A stretch of 64,000 nt of DNA from NCBI GenBank assembly GCA_977017575.1, contig CDRNVI010000048.1, forward strand, positions 1 through 64,000, in the 5' to 3' direction. The position numbers and the translations under genes were made by a program. Position 1 is the stretch's first letter. Each line of letters starts with the position of its first letter. Source of the DNA: Paramoeba atlantica (Eukaryota > Protista > Discosea). A model generated the notes under the pieces. The model ran no database searches, was not told the origin of the DNA, and worked only from the letters and a program-made list of their open reading frames with translations. Positions 24,620-34,315 of this stretch are shown piece by piece.

Positions 24620-26905
24620 TCAGGCTCTTTGTTCACCAATCCGAACCAAAGCTTTCCGGAAATGCCTGATATCAAGAACTTGAGTGGATAAGTCTTCTTC
24701 AAGTGCTGCAGTAGCTGCCTCACGCACAAGTGCGACCGTTTCAGCTCCACTGTAGCCACCCATATTTTCAGCAAGTTCGCTTAAATTCACGGAGGAATTT
24801 ACGGGCAAATCTTTTACAGAGAGATTCAGAATATGAAGCCTCTCCGTGAGATCGGGAAGCCCTACATAAATTTTATGGTCAAACCGCCCGGGTCGAATCA
24901 GAGCTGGATCAATGGCCTCAGGACGGTTCGTTGCGGCGACCACTAGAATCTGTTTTGGGCTCCTTTCTGCGTCAGTACTGGTGTTGTTCAGACCATCCAT
25001 TTCATGCAAGAGTTGACAAACAACTCGGTCGTGCACTCCTCCGCCTCCTCGGGAGCCACATAGTCCGTCTATCTCATCAAAGAAAATAATACTCGGCGCA
25101 ACGTGCCGGGCCTTTTCAAAAACAGTACGAATCGCTTTTTCGCTGTCACCTACCCACTTGCTAAGCAGCTCGGGCCCCTTCACGGAAAGGAAGTGCATTC
25201 TTCCTTCATGAGCCAGCGCCTTGGCTAGCATTGTTTTGCTGCACCCAGGAGGGCCATGTAGCAGAACCCCTCGAGGGGGCCTTACACCAAAACGAGTGAG
25301 TAGCGTCGAATGTGTCGTAAGCCACCGAACACAGGTCTGTAATTTTTTCTTCGTTTCATCTTGTCCTCCAATGTCATCCCACGTTGTTTTTGGTATTTGA
25401 ACTTGAAAGGACCGGAGAGAGAGTGGGCGGATAACTCGCAGAGCCGACATAACATGCTCTTTGGCCAGGCGTGAGCTTTTTCTTAGTGACTCGCTTTTTG
25501 CATATTGAAAAACATGAAGCAAATCTCGAGGAGTATATCCTTGCGTGCGTTGCGATACCTCAGAGGCAAAGTCCTCGAGGGGAGACAATTTGTTTTCCGG
25601 TATATTCAAGGAACTGCGATCCAAAATAAGTTCTGAAAATTCTTTCTCAATAGCGGAATCACGGCTATTTTCATTATCTTCGAGAAAATGGATCTCCAAA
25701 TTTTCGAATATATGGGATAAAAATGCATACCTATCACACTGGGCATCCAATGAGCACACCTCTAGGTCTAGAGAAAAATATCGTGGATTTACCATTTCTT
25801 GACCGCATTGGTTGTCGGTTGTGGTAGCAAGAAATAACACTCCACGACCCCTCCAATACTCAAGCGCATGTCGCAACTTATACCACAAATCACTGTTCTG
25901 TTGATCATCATCTGTAAAGAATAGGTCCATGTCGTCCAAAATTACAAGAATAGGAGCGAAGAGAGCGATGGCTGTGATGAATGATGGATCAGGCCAAGAA
26001 TTAAGGAAGAAATACGAACAAGATATTTCCCTTGTCAAAAGAGACAGAAGAGTGGTTTTGCCCGTCCCAGATCCGCCACAAATTCGCATTCCAGATCCTT
26101 GAAAATTAGCACCGCCTTGTGATCCTCTGCTTAAAAAGTTTATGTGAGTGAGTAGATGCGAAACTGCCTTCTTGTAGATAGGTTGAAAAATGAATACAGA
26201 TGGCTCCTGGGTGGGACGTTCCGTCAAGCGAAAACGTATTTTCGTGTTCAGACTCACGAGAGCAAATGACTCCAATGTGGATATAATAAAGTCTATTTCC
26301 TTCCGACAATGGTACACCATACCGGGCACAATAACAGTATCCATAAGTTCGTCCTTTACGGTTCTTAGAGATTCTGAAACGTCGCAAACTAGTTTCTTTT
26401 CACATTTTCCTACACGTCTATTTTCCTCCGAGACCGTTAAAACTATTTCGTGAAGTGTCGGAAGATATACTATTCGCTTGCACTGACATATCACGTCGTT
26501 TGGCAGCGAAATCATGGGTGAAATATGTGCAATGCCTAGATCAATACCTTTTTTCGCACGTATCTGTACGATGTGACTTATGTCTGAATTAGTTGGGATC
26601 AATTCTAAGGCAGCGTTCGATTCCACTTCCATTAATTTTAAAGTTTCGTTTGACGTGTAAATAATTGTGGACAAGTGATATGGATCATCGGTTTTATGAG
26701 TTGATAAATGAATGGAAGGGCCTCCCTTCTGAATCTCTTCACGATACTTCATCTGAGAACATAGGCCCGTAGATGAAGCAGCTTTTGTGCTGTATAAATG
26801 GCTTCCCGTACGAAAAAGACAGGATTCTTTGTCTAATTGGTTTGTTCCTTGTTGGGTCTTCGAAGCCTTACTCGGAACTAAAATTTTCTTTTTTCGGACA
26901 CCCAT
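24620..26905 (-). CDS. AFG2/SPATA5-like double AAA+ ATPase
   Basis: D2: [40 protein letters not shown]. Degenerate D1: [16 protein letters not shown]. First ATG at 26905 (ORF track uses GTG at 26923). Confidence 0.8.
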   Translation of the reverse strand: MGVRKKKILVPSKASKTQQGTNQLDKESCLFRTGSHLYSTKAASSTGLCSQMKYREEIQKGGPSIHLSTHKTDDPYHLSTIIYTSNETLKLMEVESNAALELIPTNSDISHIVQIRAKKGIDLGIAHISPMISLPNDVICQCKRIVYLPTLHEIVLTVSEENRRVGKCEKKLVCDVSESLRTVKDELMDTVIVPGMVYHCRKEIDFIISTLESFALVSLNTKIRFRLTERPTQEPSVFIFQPIYKKAVSHLLTHINFLSRGSQGGANFQGSGMRICGGSGTGKTTLLSLLTREISCSYFFLNSWPDPSFITAIALFAPILVILDDMDLFFTDDDQQNSDLWYKLRHALEYWRGRGVLFLATTTDNQCGQEMVNPRYFSLDLEVCSLDAQCDRYAFLSHIFENLEIHFLEDNENSRDSAIEKEFSELILDRSSLNIPENKLSPLEDFASEVSQRTQGYTPRDLLHVFQYAKSESLRKSSRLAKEHVMSALRVIRPLSLRSFQVQIPKTTWDDIGGQDETKKKLQTCVRWLTTHSTLLTRFGVRPPRGVLLHGPPGCSKTMLAKALAHEGRMHFLSVKGPELLSKWVGDSEKAIRTVFEKARHVAPSIIFFDEIDGLCGSRGGGGVHDRVVCQLLHEMDGLNNTSTDAERSPKQILVVAATNRPEAIDPALIRPGRFDHKIYVGLPDLTERLHILNLSVKDLPVNSSVNLSELAENMGGYSGAETVALVREAATAALEEDLSTQVLDIRHFRKALVRIGEQRA

Positions 26906-27233
26906 CAAAGTTTTCTCGACCACGATAACATACTACCTTGGTAGCAACATTCTATTGGAGATAACAGTTGGGAATAAAAGGTGACATTTAACCTTTTAGC
27001 CCGTTTATACGATAGTAATAAGATATAAAATTCTAAGAAAATGTCTATTGATGCGTCACTAGCAAATTTTGATATAAAAACAAACCTATTCTTCAGCGCT
27101 CAACAAAAGGGGAGTGAAGAATATGAATAAGAGTATAAATAAATAAATTTAAGAGGAACTAAGTGAATATAAGAGCAATCATGGAGTGGTGCGAAAGAAA
27201 TCTGTTTCAGATGATGCATTCATCATCTCATCA

Positions 27234-28340
27234 TCAGAGATGCAAAGGTGACGCAGAATATTTCTTACACAATATCTCCACTGAAAGGTTTCGGCTGGTA
27301 TACTCATGTGAAAGAACTACAAACCCTACACCACATCTGTGTCGTGGACTATGTCCCCCAAACGTAACATGAGTTTCGAACGACTCCTCTTCTTTGCGAC
27401 GAAACGAGGAATAGCATGGCGTCACATCCATGGAATCACATGTAATTGCACTTTTCTTTTTTCCTGATATTATGACCTGCTGACCACGATGAGGAAGACC
27501 ACGACGAAGTGCGGTGACAAAGTGCGTTGAGTTCCAATCTAAAGGATGAAAAGGCTCTGCACAAACCAAAGAAAGATCTCTGCGCTCTCGTAGTCCAATC
27601 CAAACAGCGAAGCGATTGCGACTAAGTGATGTGTACTCTCGTAGTGCACGTATTCCCATTTCAGTTGAAAAGGACAAGATGGTGTACTTTGTGTCTACGC
27701 GAAGTAGACTTATGTGCGGACGGAAGGGACTATTCGTTTCACTGGAAAATTGTGTCGACAACTTGTGTAACGTTTCTAAAAATTCCTCCGGGCGTGGGCC
27801 CATTAGCTCCACAATGCGAACATTTTCATCAGATTCGAACTGCTTCGTGCTAAAAGGAAAAATAATCTTCTGCCACAGCCTTGAGGCCGTGTTGGTGATT
27901 TTTTCACAATTTGAACTCCAGGAACGACAATACGGCGTGACGTCATGAATTACATATCCATGATCATAACATTGGTAAATACGACGCCAGCATTTTTGCT
28001 TGTGCTCCACAGGTAAAGAACATTCGAACCCAAAAACACCCAACTCTTGAGAGGGTTGATCGGACATGATAAAGCTTTTCGCGTACATATGGAGGAACTG
28101 CTTTTCGGTAATAGAGTATGTCCACTTTTCGTCGTTCCGTGTTCTCGGCGATGTGTCTATCTTACCAGCATCTTTTTTCATAATTTTACGTTGTCGGGGG
28201 AACGGTGAACATGTTCTTCGTCGAAGAAATATAGGAGTTGATTCGCAGGAACAATTTCGAATAATTGGATGTTTGAGCACCTTTTCCAATGATGCCAATC
28301 TTTCGTGAATAACTTTATTCACATCAACAAAAGAGCTCAT
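27234..28340 (-). CDS. Hypothetical protein, 368 aa (possible degenerate 2H-phosphoesterase motif)
   Basis: Long ATG-initiated ORF on the coding strand; contains PFRPHISLLR. Confidence 0.7.
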   Translation of the reverse strand: MSSFVDVNKVIHERLASLEKVLKHPIIRNCSCESTPIFLRRRTCSPFPRQRKIMKKDAGKIDTSPRTRNDEKWTYSITEKQFLHMYAKSFIMSDQPSQELGVFGFECSLPVEHKQKCWRRIYQCYDHGYVIHDVTPYCRSWSSNCEKITNTASRLWQKIIFPFSTKQFESDENVRIVELMGPRPEEFLETLHKLSTQFSSETNSPFRPHISLLRVDTKYTILSFSTEMGIRALREYTSLSRNRFAVWIGLRERRDLSLVCAEPFHPLDWNSTHFVTALRRGLPHRGQQVIISGKKKSAITCDSMDVTPCYSSFRRKEEESFETHVTFGGHSPRHRCGVGFVVLSHEYTSRNLSVEILCKKYSASPLHL

Positions 28341-28673
28341 GACAAACTGCTATTATCGAATTCTTGCAATTTTCTAACGTTTTACTCTGAACATGTGGCG
28401 TAGCTATGTGTTTATCCTAAGCTGGTTATATCAGGGCAAAGGTGTAGTACGTATATTGTCTAGCATGTCTAATAAAAGCATGAGGACGAGGAATACCAAA
28501 ATATAGCAACAAAACCTAACTATATGTATGATATTACTCCTCATGTGATGTGGACTAAATCAGCGAACAGAATTTATAGCTGAGAGACAAGTGATCCACC
28601 ATTTTCCCACTTTAAGGCTATTTTTATGATAGTCCAATTTACATTTGAATTATATACACAACTAACGAGTGGG

Positions 28674-28732
28674 TACATTAAACTGCACCGTGGTCTAATC
28701 GCGTAGTCAAGCTTTGCGGTGCAGTTAATGTA
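28674..28732. repeat. Intergenic stem-loop, 16-bp stem with one bulge and 26-nt loop
   Basis: tacattaaactgcaccg (28674-28690) and cggtgcagttaatgta (28717-28732) are reverse complements apart from one extra A. Confidence 0.85.
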
Positions 28733-29005
28733 TATCTAGAAAAACAAACACAACAAATGTATAGAAGAGATATAAATACAAGAGCGTCATTTTTAGGTCT
28801 TCCTAATACATGTAGATGTACGAGTTTCCGTGAGCGAACTGCATTGACAGCGGCCAACCGAAGAAGGGCCAATTCTTCGTCATTTATTTAACACGAAAGA
28901 ATGGACTGAGGTAGCGTCTACAATTCAACCGATTTCAAAACTTTAGTTTTGTATATCGACACGGTTCGACTGCATGAAGTGAACTAGTGAAACTTAAGCC
29001 GTAAC

Positions 29006-30994
29006 TTACGAAAATAATTTCGAATATTTCTTTCTTTCTTCAGCAGTTTCAGTGTGCAAAGCCGAAACAATGCTTTCTCTCAGTGAACGTATTTCAACGT
29101 CTTCCGGGGCTTGAAGTAAAGCTCCATCAATGTCTTCCCGTGCTTTTTGTAGTTCACCTAGCTTCAAGTAGCACTGCGCTCTGCGATACTTTCCTTTGAT
29201 CGATTTGGGCTCGAATTCTAAGCATTTAGATAACGATATTGTCGCTGCATCGTAGTGAGATTGACGCATCTGAGACAATGCTTCATTAAGAAGCAAAGCC
29301 ACATAAAGGGCACGCAATTTATCTGATTCCATATTGTTCCGCAGACCGTAATCAACGTATCGCCACCCTTTCTCGTACTTTCTTGATGCATGCGCATAAT
29401 TAGCTGTCTGAAAAAGCTCATTTCCTCTTCTTTTGCATTGCTCAATCGCAAAGTGAACTTGCTTCTCGTCTAAACTTTTACCTTGAACTGTAGGGATATC
29501 ATCTGGATAAGTTGGGTATACGTCGGCAGTTGCCGTAGAATAAGCTTTTGACCGCAATCTAATTTGAGGGACCAATTTGCGCATATAATTCTTGTAATCA
29601 TTCAAATCTGATTTACTCTTTAATGTTTCAAGATTTTCATAAAGCTGTGAATCGATAGATTCTCTGGTGCAAAATGAATTCTGCGGAGCGAAAATCTTAA
29701 CTGTACTTTCAATGCCACAAGATGCTATCAGTGCCTCATTTGGGTGAGGGGAGACCATATTAACAACATGCGTGTCACCGGGGAGAATGGAAGCGACGCG
29801 CCCCGTTTGCCTGGACCAAATAAAGACATTCCCGCAGTCGCTCCCTGCTGTAATGTACTTGCCTTCTGAACCCACATATTCGACGCCTTTCAAAAATGTT
29901 TTTACATTTAAATGACCTGCAAAGGGTAGGTCATAGGCGCGAGTATAAGACGCGTCTTTTTTTCCCGGAAAGCGATTCAATTCAGGGTTAATCTTTACGA
30001 CGAAGATGCCGTGCCCTGAAACGCTGTAAGCAAATTCTCTACCTGTAGGAGAAAACGCTAACCCAGTGCTTGCGTGCTCAAAAGAACCTCTCAGAGATGC
30101 GACAGGCTCTGGTTTGTAACTCCGGACCAGCCTGCGAGGCTTTCGAGTATCCAACAAGTGTACACCAAGATCACAAGCTACCAAAAGTTGGGTACTGTTG
30201 TAAGGATTAAAAGAAAAACATGTCACTCCACTCTCCCCCGAAGGATTCGAAAGTCTAAGACGTGCGTCAAAAATCTTCGTGACGCAAGAGGGATTCCTTA
30301 TGTCGTACTGCGTCAGAGTACCGTTTTGACAACTTGCAGCAACAGTTGTGTAGCAATGCGGAACAAAGTCCACGTGATACACCATAGCAGGTGCGTAGCC
30401 TTGAGCGTCAACCGAACGTTGGTTGACTACAACCTCTGTTCGCGGCGCCAAAGCCGTTTCAGAATCCGACAGGATAGAATTACTTGCTCGTTCAAGCTGA
30501 ACATGCCTTATTTCACCGTCTGCCGCACATGTGATAACCTCCTCGTCGGAGCAGTAAGGTCTTATCCGGGCATCAAAGATATTTCCAGTATGGCCGGTCC
30601 GTGCGGAGTGAATAATAGAAATATATTCTTCACATATCGGTGCTCGGATGATTTTCCATAAACCTATAGTGGTGTCATCGCTTCCAGAGACAAGCAAAGT
30701 TCCATCACGGTTCCACCTGATGCTATTTACGCATCCTCGATGATATGAAAAAGCCCCACAAGGAGCCATGCGAGGTATTGCCTGGGCGAAAGCATCAAAG
30801 CCACGTTGTGGATAGGCAGAAAAGCAAAGTCTTTTATCTCTAACCTCTGTGTGTATATCAACAGACGCTTCGCTAAATGAATACATTTGATTGGGCCACT
30901 TCATTCGAACTTTCATCCCAAGACGAGCAGCGTGGTCACCCCATCCCCAATATTTTTCTCGGGGAGATTTTATGGGTACCTTTTCCAGACTCAT
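29006..30994 (-). CDS. WD40 protein of the DCAF6/DCAF8/WDTC1 type with a C-terminal three-TPR domain
   Basis: HRGCVNSIRWNRDGTLLVSGSDD, GHTGNIF, YITAGSDCGNVFIW and GDTHVVNMVSPHP..IASCGIESTVKIF; TPR KRRGNELF..LLNEALS..KGKYRRAQ. Confidence 0.85.
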   Translation of the reverse strand: MSLEKVPIKSPREKYWGWGDHAARLGMKVRMKWPNQMYSFSEASVDIHTEVRDKRLCFSAYPQRGFDAFAQAIPRMAPCGAFSYHRGCVNSIRWNRDGTLLVSGSDDTTIGLWKIIRAPICEEYISIIHSARTGHTGNIFDARIRPYCSDEEVITCAADGEIRHVQLERASNSILSDSETALAPRTEVVVNQRSVDAQGYAPAMVYHVDFVPHCYTTVAASCQNGTLTQYDIRNPSCVTKIFDARLRLSNPSGESGVTCFSFNPYNSTQLLVACDLGVHLLDTRKPRRLVRSYKPEPVASLRGSFEHASTGLAFSPTGREFAYSVSGHGIFVVKINPELNRFPGKKDASYTRAYDLPFAGHLNVKTFLKGVEYVGSEGKYITAGSDCGNVFIWSRQTGRVASILPGDTHVVNMVSPHPNEALIASCGIESTVKIFAPQNSFCTRESIDSQLYENLETLKSKSDLNDYKNYMRKLVPQIRLRSKAYSTATADVYPTYPDDIPTVQGKSLDEKQVHFAIEQCKRRGNELFQTANYAHASRKYEKGWRYVDYGLRNNMESDKLRALYVALLLNEALSQMRQSHYDAATISLSKCLEFEPKSIKGKYRRAQCYLKLGELQKAREDIDGALLQAPEDVEIRSLRESIVSALHTETAEERKKYSKLFS

Positions 30995-31387
30995 GAGTCA
31001 ACTAACTTCCCCCGATAAAGAATATTAATGCACTTGTTGTACAAGAATAACTTATCTTTGCATTGCATAAGTGCAATAAAATTTTATGACCTAATAATAC
31101 TACAGTGTAGGAGGGGTGAAACCATTCTGGTTCGGGGTCGGTTCGCCCTGCGCGCAGTCTACTCCCGCGCAGTCTACCATGCTAATTATTTTTGTTCATT
31201 CGTCTTTTTTATTCGTCTTCTTATTTTTTTAAAACATTGTTTTAATCCATTGTTGCCCCCCCCCTGGAACAATAACTAGCTATACGTATATAAACAATAA
31301 CTAGCTATACTGCACAATACGTGGCCACAGGCACAACGTACTAAACGTAAGTTTGCATTGATTGAGAAGTAATTTAAAAGGAATATA

Positions 31388-31683
31388 AGCCACGTTCCAG
31401 GATAGTGCACCTAGTAGGTATACTAAGTGGGTACGGTATACTAAGTAGTACTAAATTTTGCCTAAAAAGCAAAACAAAAATCGCGTTCCTTATCTGTATT
31501 TGCTAGAAAAATGGTGCCTTGACCTTAAAATTCGATTTCTTACCGTGCGAAGAAAAGTTGCTTGCTAGAAAAGTTTTGTCGCTTCCAAAAAAAGGACATC
31601 TCCCGCTCCTGATGTTGGGAGGGGGGTATACTAAGTGGCCTTGGGACTTAGTGAGCACGGGTATACTATCCTGGAACATGGTT
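31388..31683. mobile_element. TA-flanked MITE (296 bp), Tc1/mariner-type
   Basis: Left agccacgttccaggatagtgcac vs reverse complement of right end aaccatgttccaggatagtatac (19/23). TA at 31386-87 and 31684-85. Internal ggtatactaagt repeats. Confidence 0.75.
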
Positions 31684-31926
31684 TAGAGTAAGAGGGTTCA
31701 AACTAGAAAAAATTTCGGAGGCATTTCTCCTATGAAATCCTAGAAGCTCTCAAAGCAGGATAATGAGAAATGTTCACCTTCCCCCCTTCTCTCAATTTTG
31801 GAAGAGAAACAATCTCAAAAATGGTATTCTATATATTTTTATCTTATTTTTTTGAATACTTTATGTCCGTAATACAGAATTATTTATAGTAATACAAAAG
31901 GTTTCTAAAAACTAGAGATTTACATA

Positions 31927-33051
31927 CAGGGGTGCGGGTCTAAAGGTGGGGGGTCTAAAATTCGTAAAAGTTGTCCAATTTTGGAAAATAATAGCACATT
32001 GGATAGCTCTCACAGAGTTGTATGTTTTAGGCGCATTAAAATCCTGTGATTTTAACGTACATATTTTTTGATACCATATTTCTCTTTTTTCCTTTGCAGA
32101 AATTACATTTTTTACTAGAAAATGCTCCAAAAGCGCGCTCGCTCGAGGACTTCCCGTGGAGGACTGAGCGATAGATCGTATTCTTCCCCCGCCCCCGTCA
32201 AAGAGAGCCACCGCATGCTGAAATGCTTGGTGGCGGAATACGAGCGCACAGGATCGTACTCCGCTGCGGCACAGCACTTTGGTGTTCATGAGAACACTGT
32301 AAAACGCTGGGTTGAACGTTTTACCCTTACTGGTGACGTGTTAACGGCATCCCGAGAGCGTGTTTCGACGGTGGTTACCCCTCAAACACGGCTTCCATCT
32401 TCATATTTTCCCTCCTCAAAATTCAGAAGGCCAGAAACTCACCGTTACGGGTGAAATTTTTGATCAGGCTATGAAAAAGCCACGGGGCTTTCTTCAATAT
32501 CTAAAGCGACATCCAGCGGCCACGATTGCCATGGACAACTGCCCGGCCCACAACAAGGCGCGTGCCACGTTCCGTGATACAGGAATTTCCGTTCTTCCCT
32601 GGGCTGCAAAATCTCCAGACCTGAATCCGATCGAAAAATTGTGGTCTGTGATGGACACAGACAAAAATCTTCTTCAACCCCGAAATCGACAGCAACTGGA
32701 AGCCGCTATTGAGGGGTCTTTCCTTAAATTGAAACAGACCCACTCTGCAACGGTTCAGAAAACGTTGAAGAGTTTCAGGAAGCGTTGTGAAATTGTTATT
32801 AGTCGGAACGGGGGGCACTGTGGTTATTAATTGTCTTTTGCAATCCAAATTACAGAAATTATTGACATCACTAAAGTATTGCAATATGTGTTTTTGACCC
32901 TTACATGAAAGGGGGGTACCCCCCAAACCCCGGAAGCTACCTATCCTAAAACATACAACTCTGTGAGAGCTATCCAATGCGCTATTATATTCCAAAATTG
33001 GACAATTTTTACGAATTTTAGACCCCCCCCACCTTTAGATTCGCACCCCTG
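31927..33051 (+). mobile_element. Tc1/mariner (IS630-Tc1-mariner) element, 1125 bp, internally deleted
   Basis: TIRs 31927-32031 and 32945-33051 begin CAGGGGTGCG and differ at only a few positions; TA on both sides (31925-26, 33052-53); transposase remnants inside. Confidence 0.92.
32122..32830 (+). pseudogene. Tc1-like transposase in two frames (HTH part plus C-terminal DDE part)
   Basis: HTH SYSAAAQHFGVHENTVKRWVERF; catalytic C-terminus MDNCPAH...WAAKSPDLNPIEKLW. The first-Asp region is missing at the frame switch near 32370-32390. Confidence 0.88.
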
Positions 33052-33060
33052 TACATTGTT

Positions 33061-33096
33061 GTTCTGAGAGCAAGAACGTGTTCTTGTTCTCAGAAC
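33061..33096. repeat. 17-bp inverted repeat with 2-nt spacer next to the Tc1 right end
   Basis: gttctgagagcaagaac-gt-gttcttgttctcagaac (1 mismatch), followed by a second hairpin tgttctcg/cgagaaca. Confidence 0.85.
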
Positions 33097-33519
33097 CAAC
33101 AAAACACTGTTCTCGGAACGTCGAGAACACGTGGAGTTAACTCAGCGGTCGTCAGAAACTGTGGTGATTTTCAGCAACCCTTGTCCTCATAAACTGTGTA
33201 GGCTATTGAAATTAAGTAAAACCATGCAAAATACTTTGAATATTATTATCATACATTCGCGAGTATCTAGGGTCTTGAGTACCTGAGTACCGTACTGGCG
33301 TACCGTACGCGTGGTACTCGGTGTTACCCACAACATAAAATACGGGAGATAAGAAAATATGTTTGCCATATCGGAGGGCTTTGGATAGCAGGGTTCGCGG
33401 AAACTTTAATAAAGTAAAATAAAGTTTAATTTTGCGAATAAAGTTACTATATAGTACTTTATTTACTTTACTTTACTATAAAACTTTAAAAAACTTTGTT
33501 TCTCTTTTTTTTAAAACTC

Positions 33520-33799
33520 GACCGAATACGGCTGCCTCATAGAACAGACTGTCACCTTCGCAGTGTACCTGGTGGATTATTATGCTCAGAGAGTATCCAC
33601 GCGACGCCTGGAAAACACACCTGTGCGCCCTCGGATGATCTTTGGGCCCGTGAAGCGCCAAGCCAAGCTCTTAGGGCAGCTTCACAGCCCAGGACAGGTT
33701 ACCAACAACAGGGGGGCAACGCGTCTGTGGTGTATGGTATATGGCAGAATTCGAAGTGAGCAGCAAAAACAAAATGCGTTACAACGAAGAAAAGAATGA
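33520..33799 (+). pseudogene. IS30-family transposase fragment (copy B)
   Basis: YAQRVSTRRLENTPVRPRMIFGPVKRQAKLLGQLHSPGQV aligns with RAYRVSKRRL/AVRPRLICGPVERHIKKRLGQLHSPEQV of copy A; DNA similarity also visible (ttagggcagcttcacagccc vs ttaggacaacttcacagccc). Left boundary approximate. Confidence 0.75.
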
Positions 33800-34095
33800 A
33801 TTTCAAGATTTATGTCGGAACATTAGCACAGCACACGATGTAACGTGTTGGAATATCCACTATCCAATGGATAGTGCTGCCACCCACTTTTGTATTTCAG
33901 AGGGTGACCCCCCCCCCCCCCTTCATACCTCCGTTTTCATTCCAAATGATGCATCAGCACCCCCTTTAATAAAGTTTACACGGGAGAATAAACCCTTTCG
34001 TAGTTTTTGTGTTCGGGTGATCGCCCACAACCCCGTCTTTGTAGCATGAATCAGGGGAGAAATCAGAAAAACATGCACGTTCATGAGCCCAGTTG

Positions 34096-34183
34096 GAGAG
34101 CTCTCGAATGCGCAACTATTTTCCAAAATTGGCCAAGTTTTACAAATTTTAGACCCCCCCACATCCAAATTTACATCCCTTTA
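34096..34183 (+). mobile_element. Degenerate orphan right TIR related to the 31927-33051 Tc1 element
   Basis: gagagctctcgaatgcgcaactattttccaaaattggccaagttttacaaattttagacccccccacatcc...ccctt|ta aligns with gagagctatccaatgcgctattatattccaaaattggacaatttttacgaattttagacccccccc...cccctg|ta. Confidence 0.8.
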
Positions 34184-34315
34184 CTTATAAAGAAACGGTG
34201 GATTATCATATCCAGTGCACCAAAAGTCTATTTTTGGAAATTCGTTTCTAGTTCTATTCTACTATAATCCCAATATCTATGCTGTATACTCTAACTATTC
34301 TTTTCTTTATTCTTC

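Noticed and set aside
28678-28872. 64-aa ORF MALLRLAAV... on the coding strand
   Set aside because: No recognisable motif, and it overlaps an inverted repeat; cannot be supported as a gene.
32360-32426. GT...AG segment that could be a cis-intron joining the two Tc1 ORFs
   Set aside because: Splicing would still leave the first catalytic Asp missing and would remove transposase-like residues; an internal deletion explains it better.
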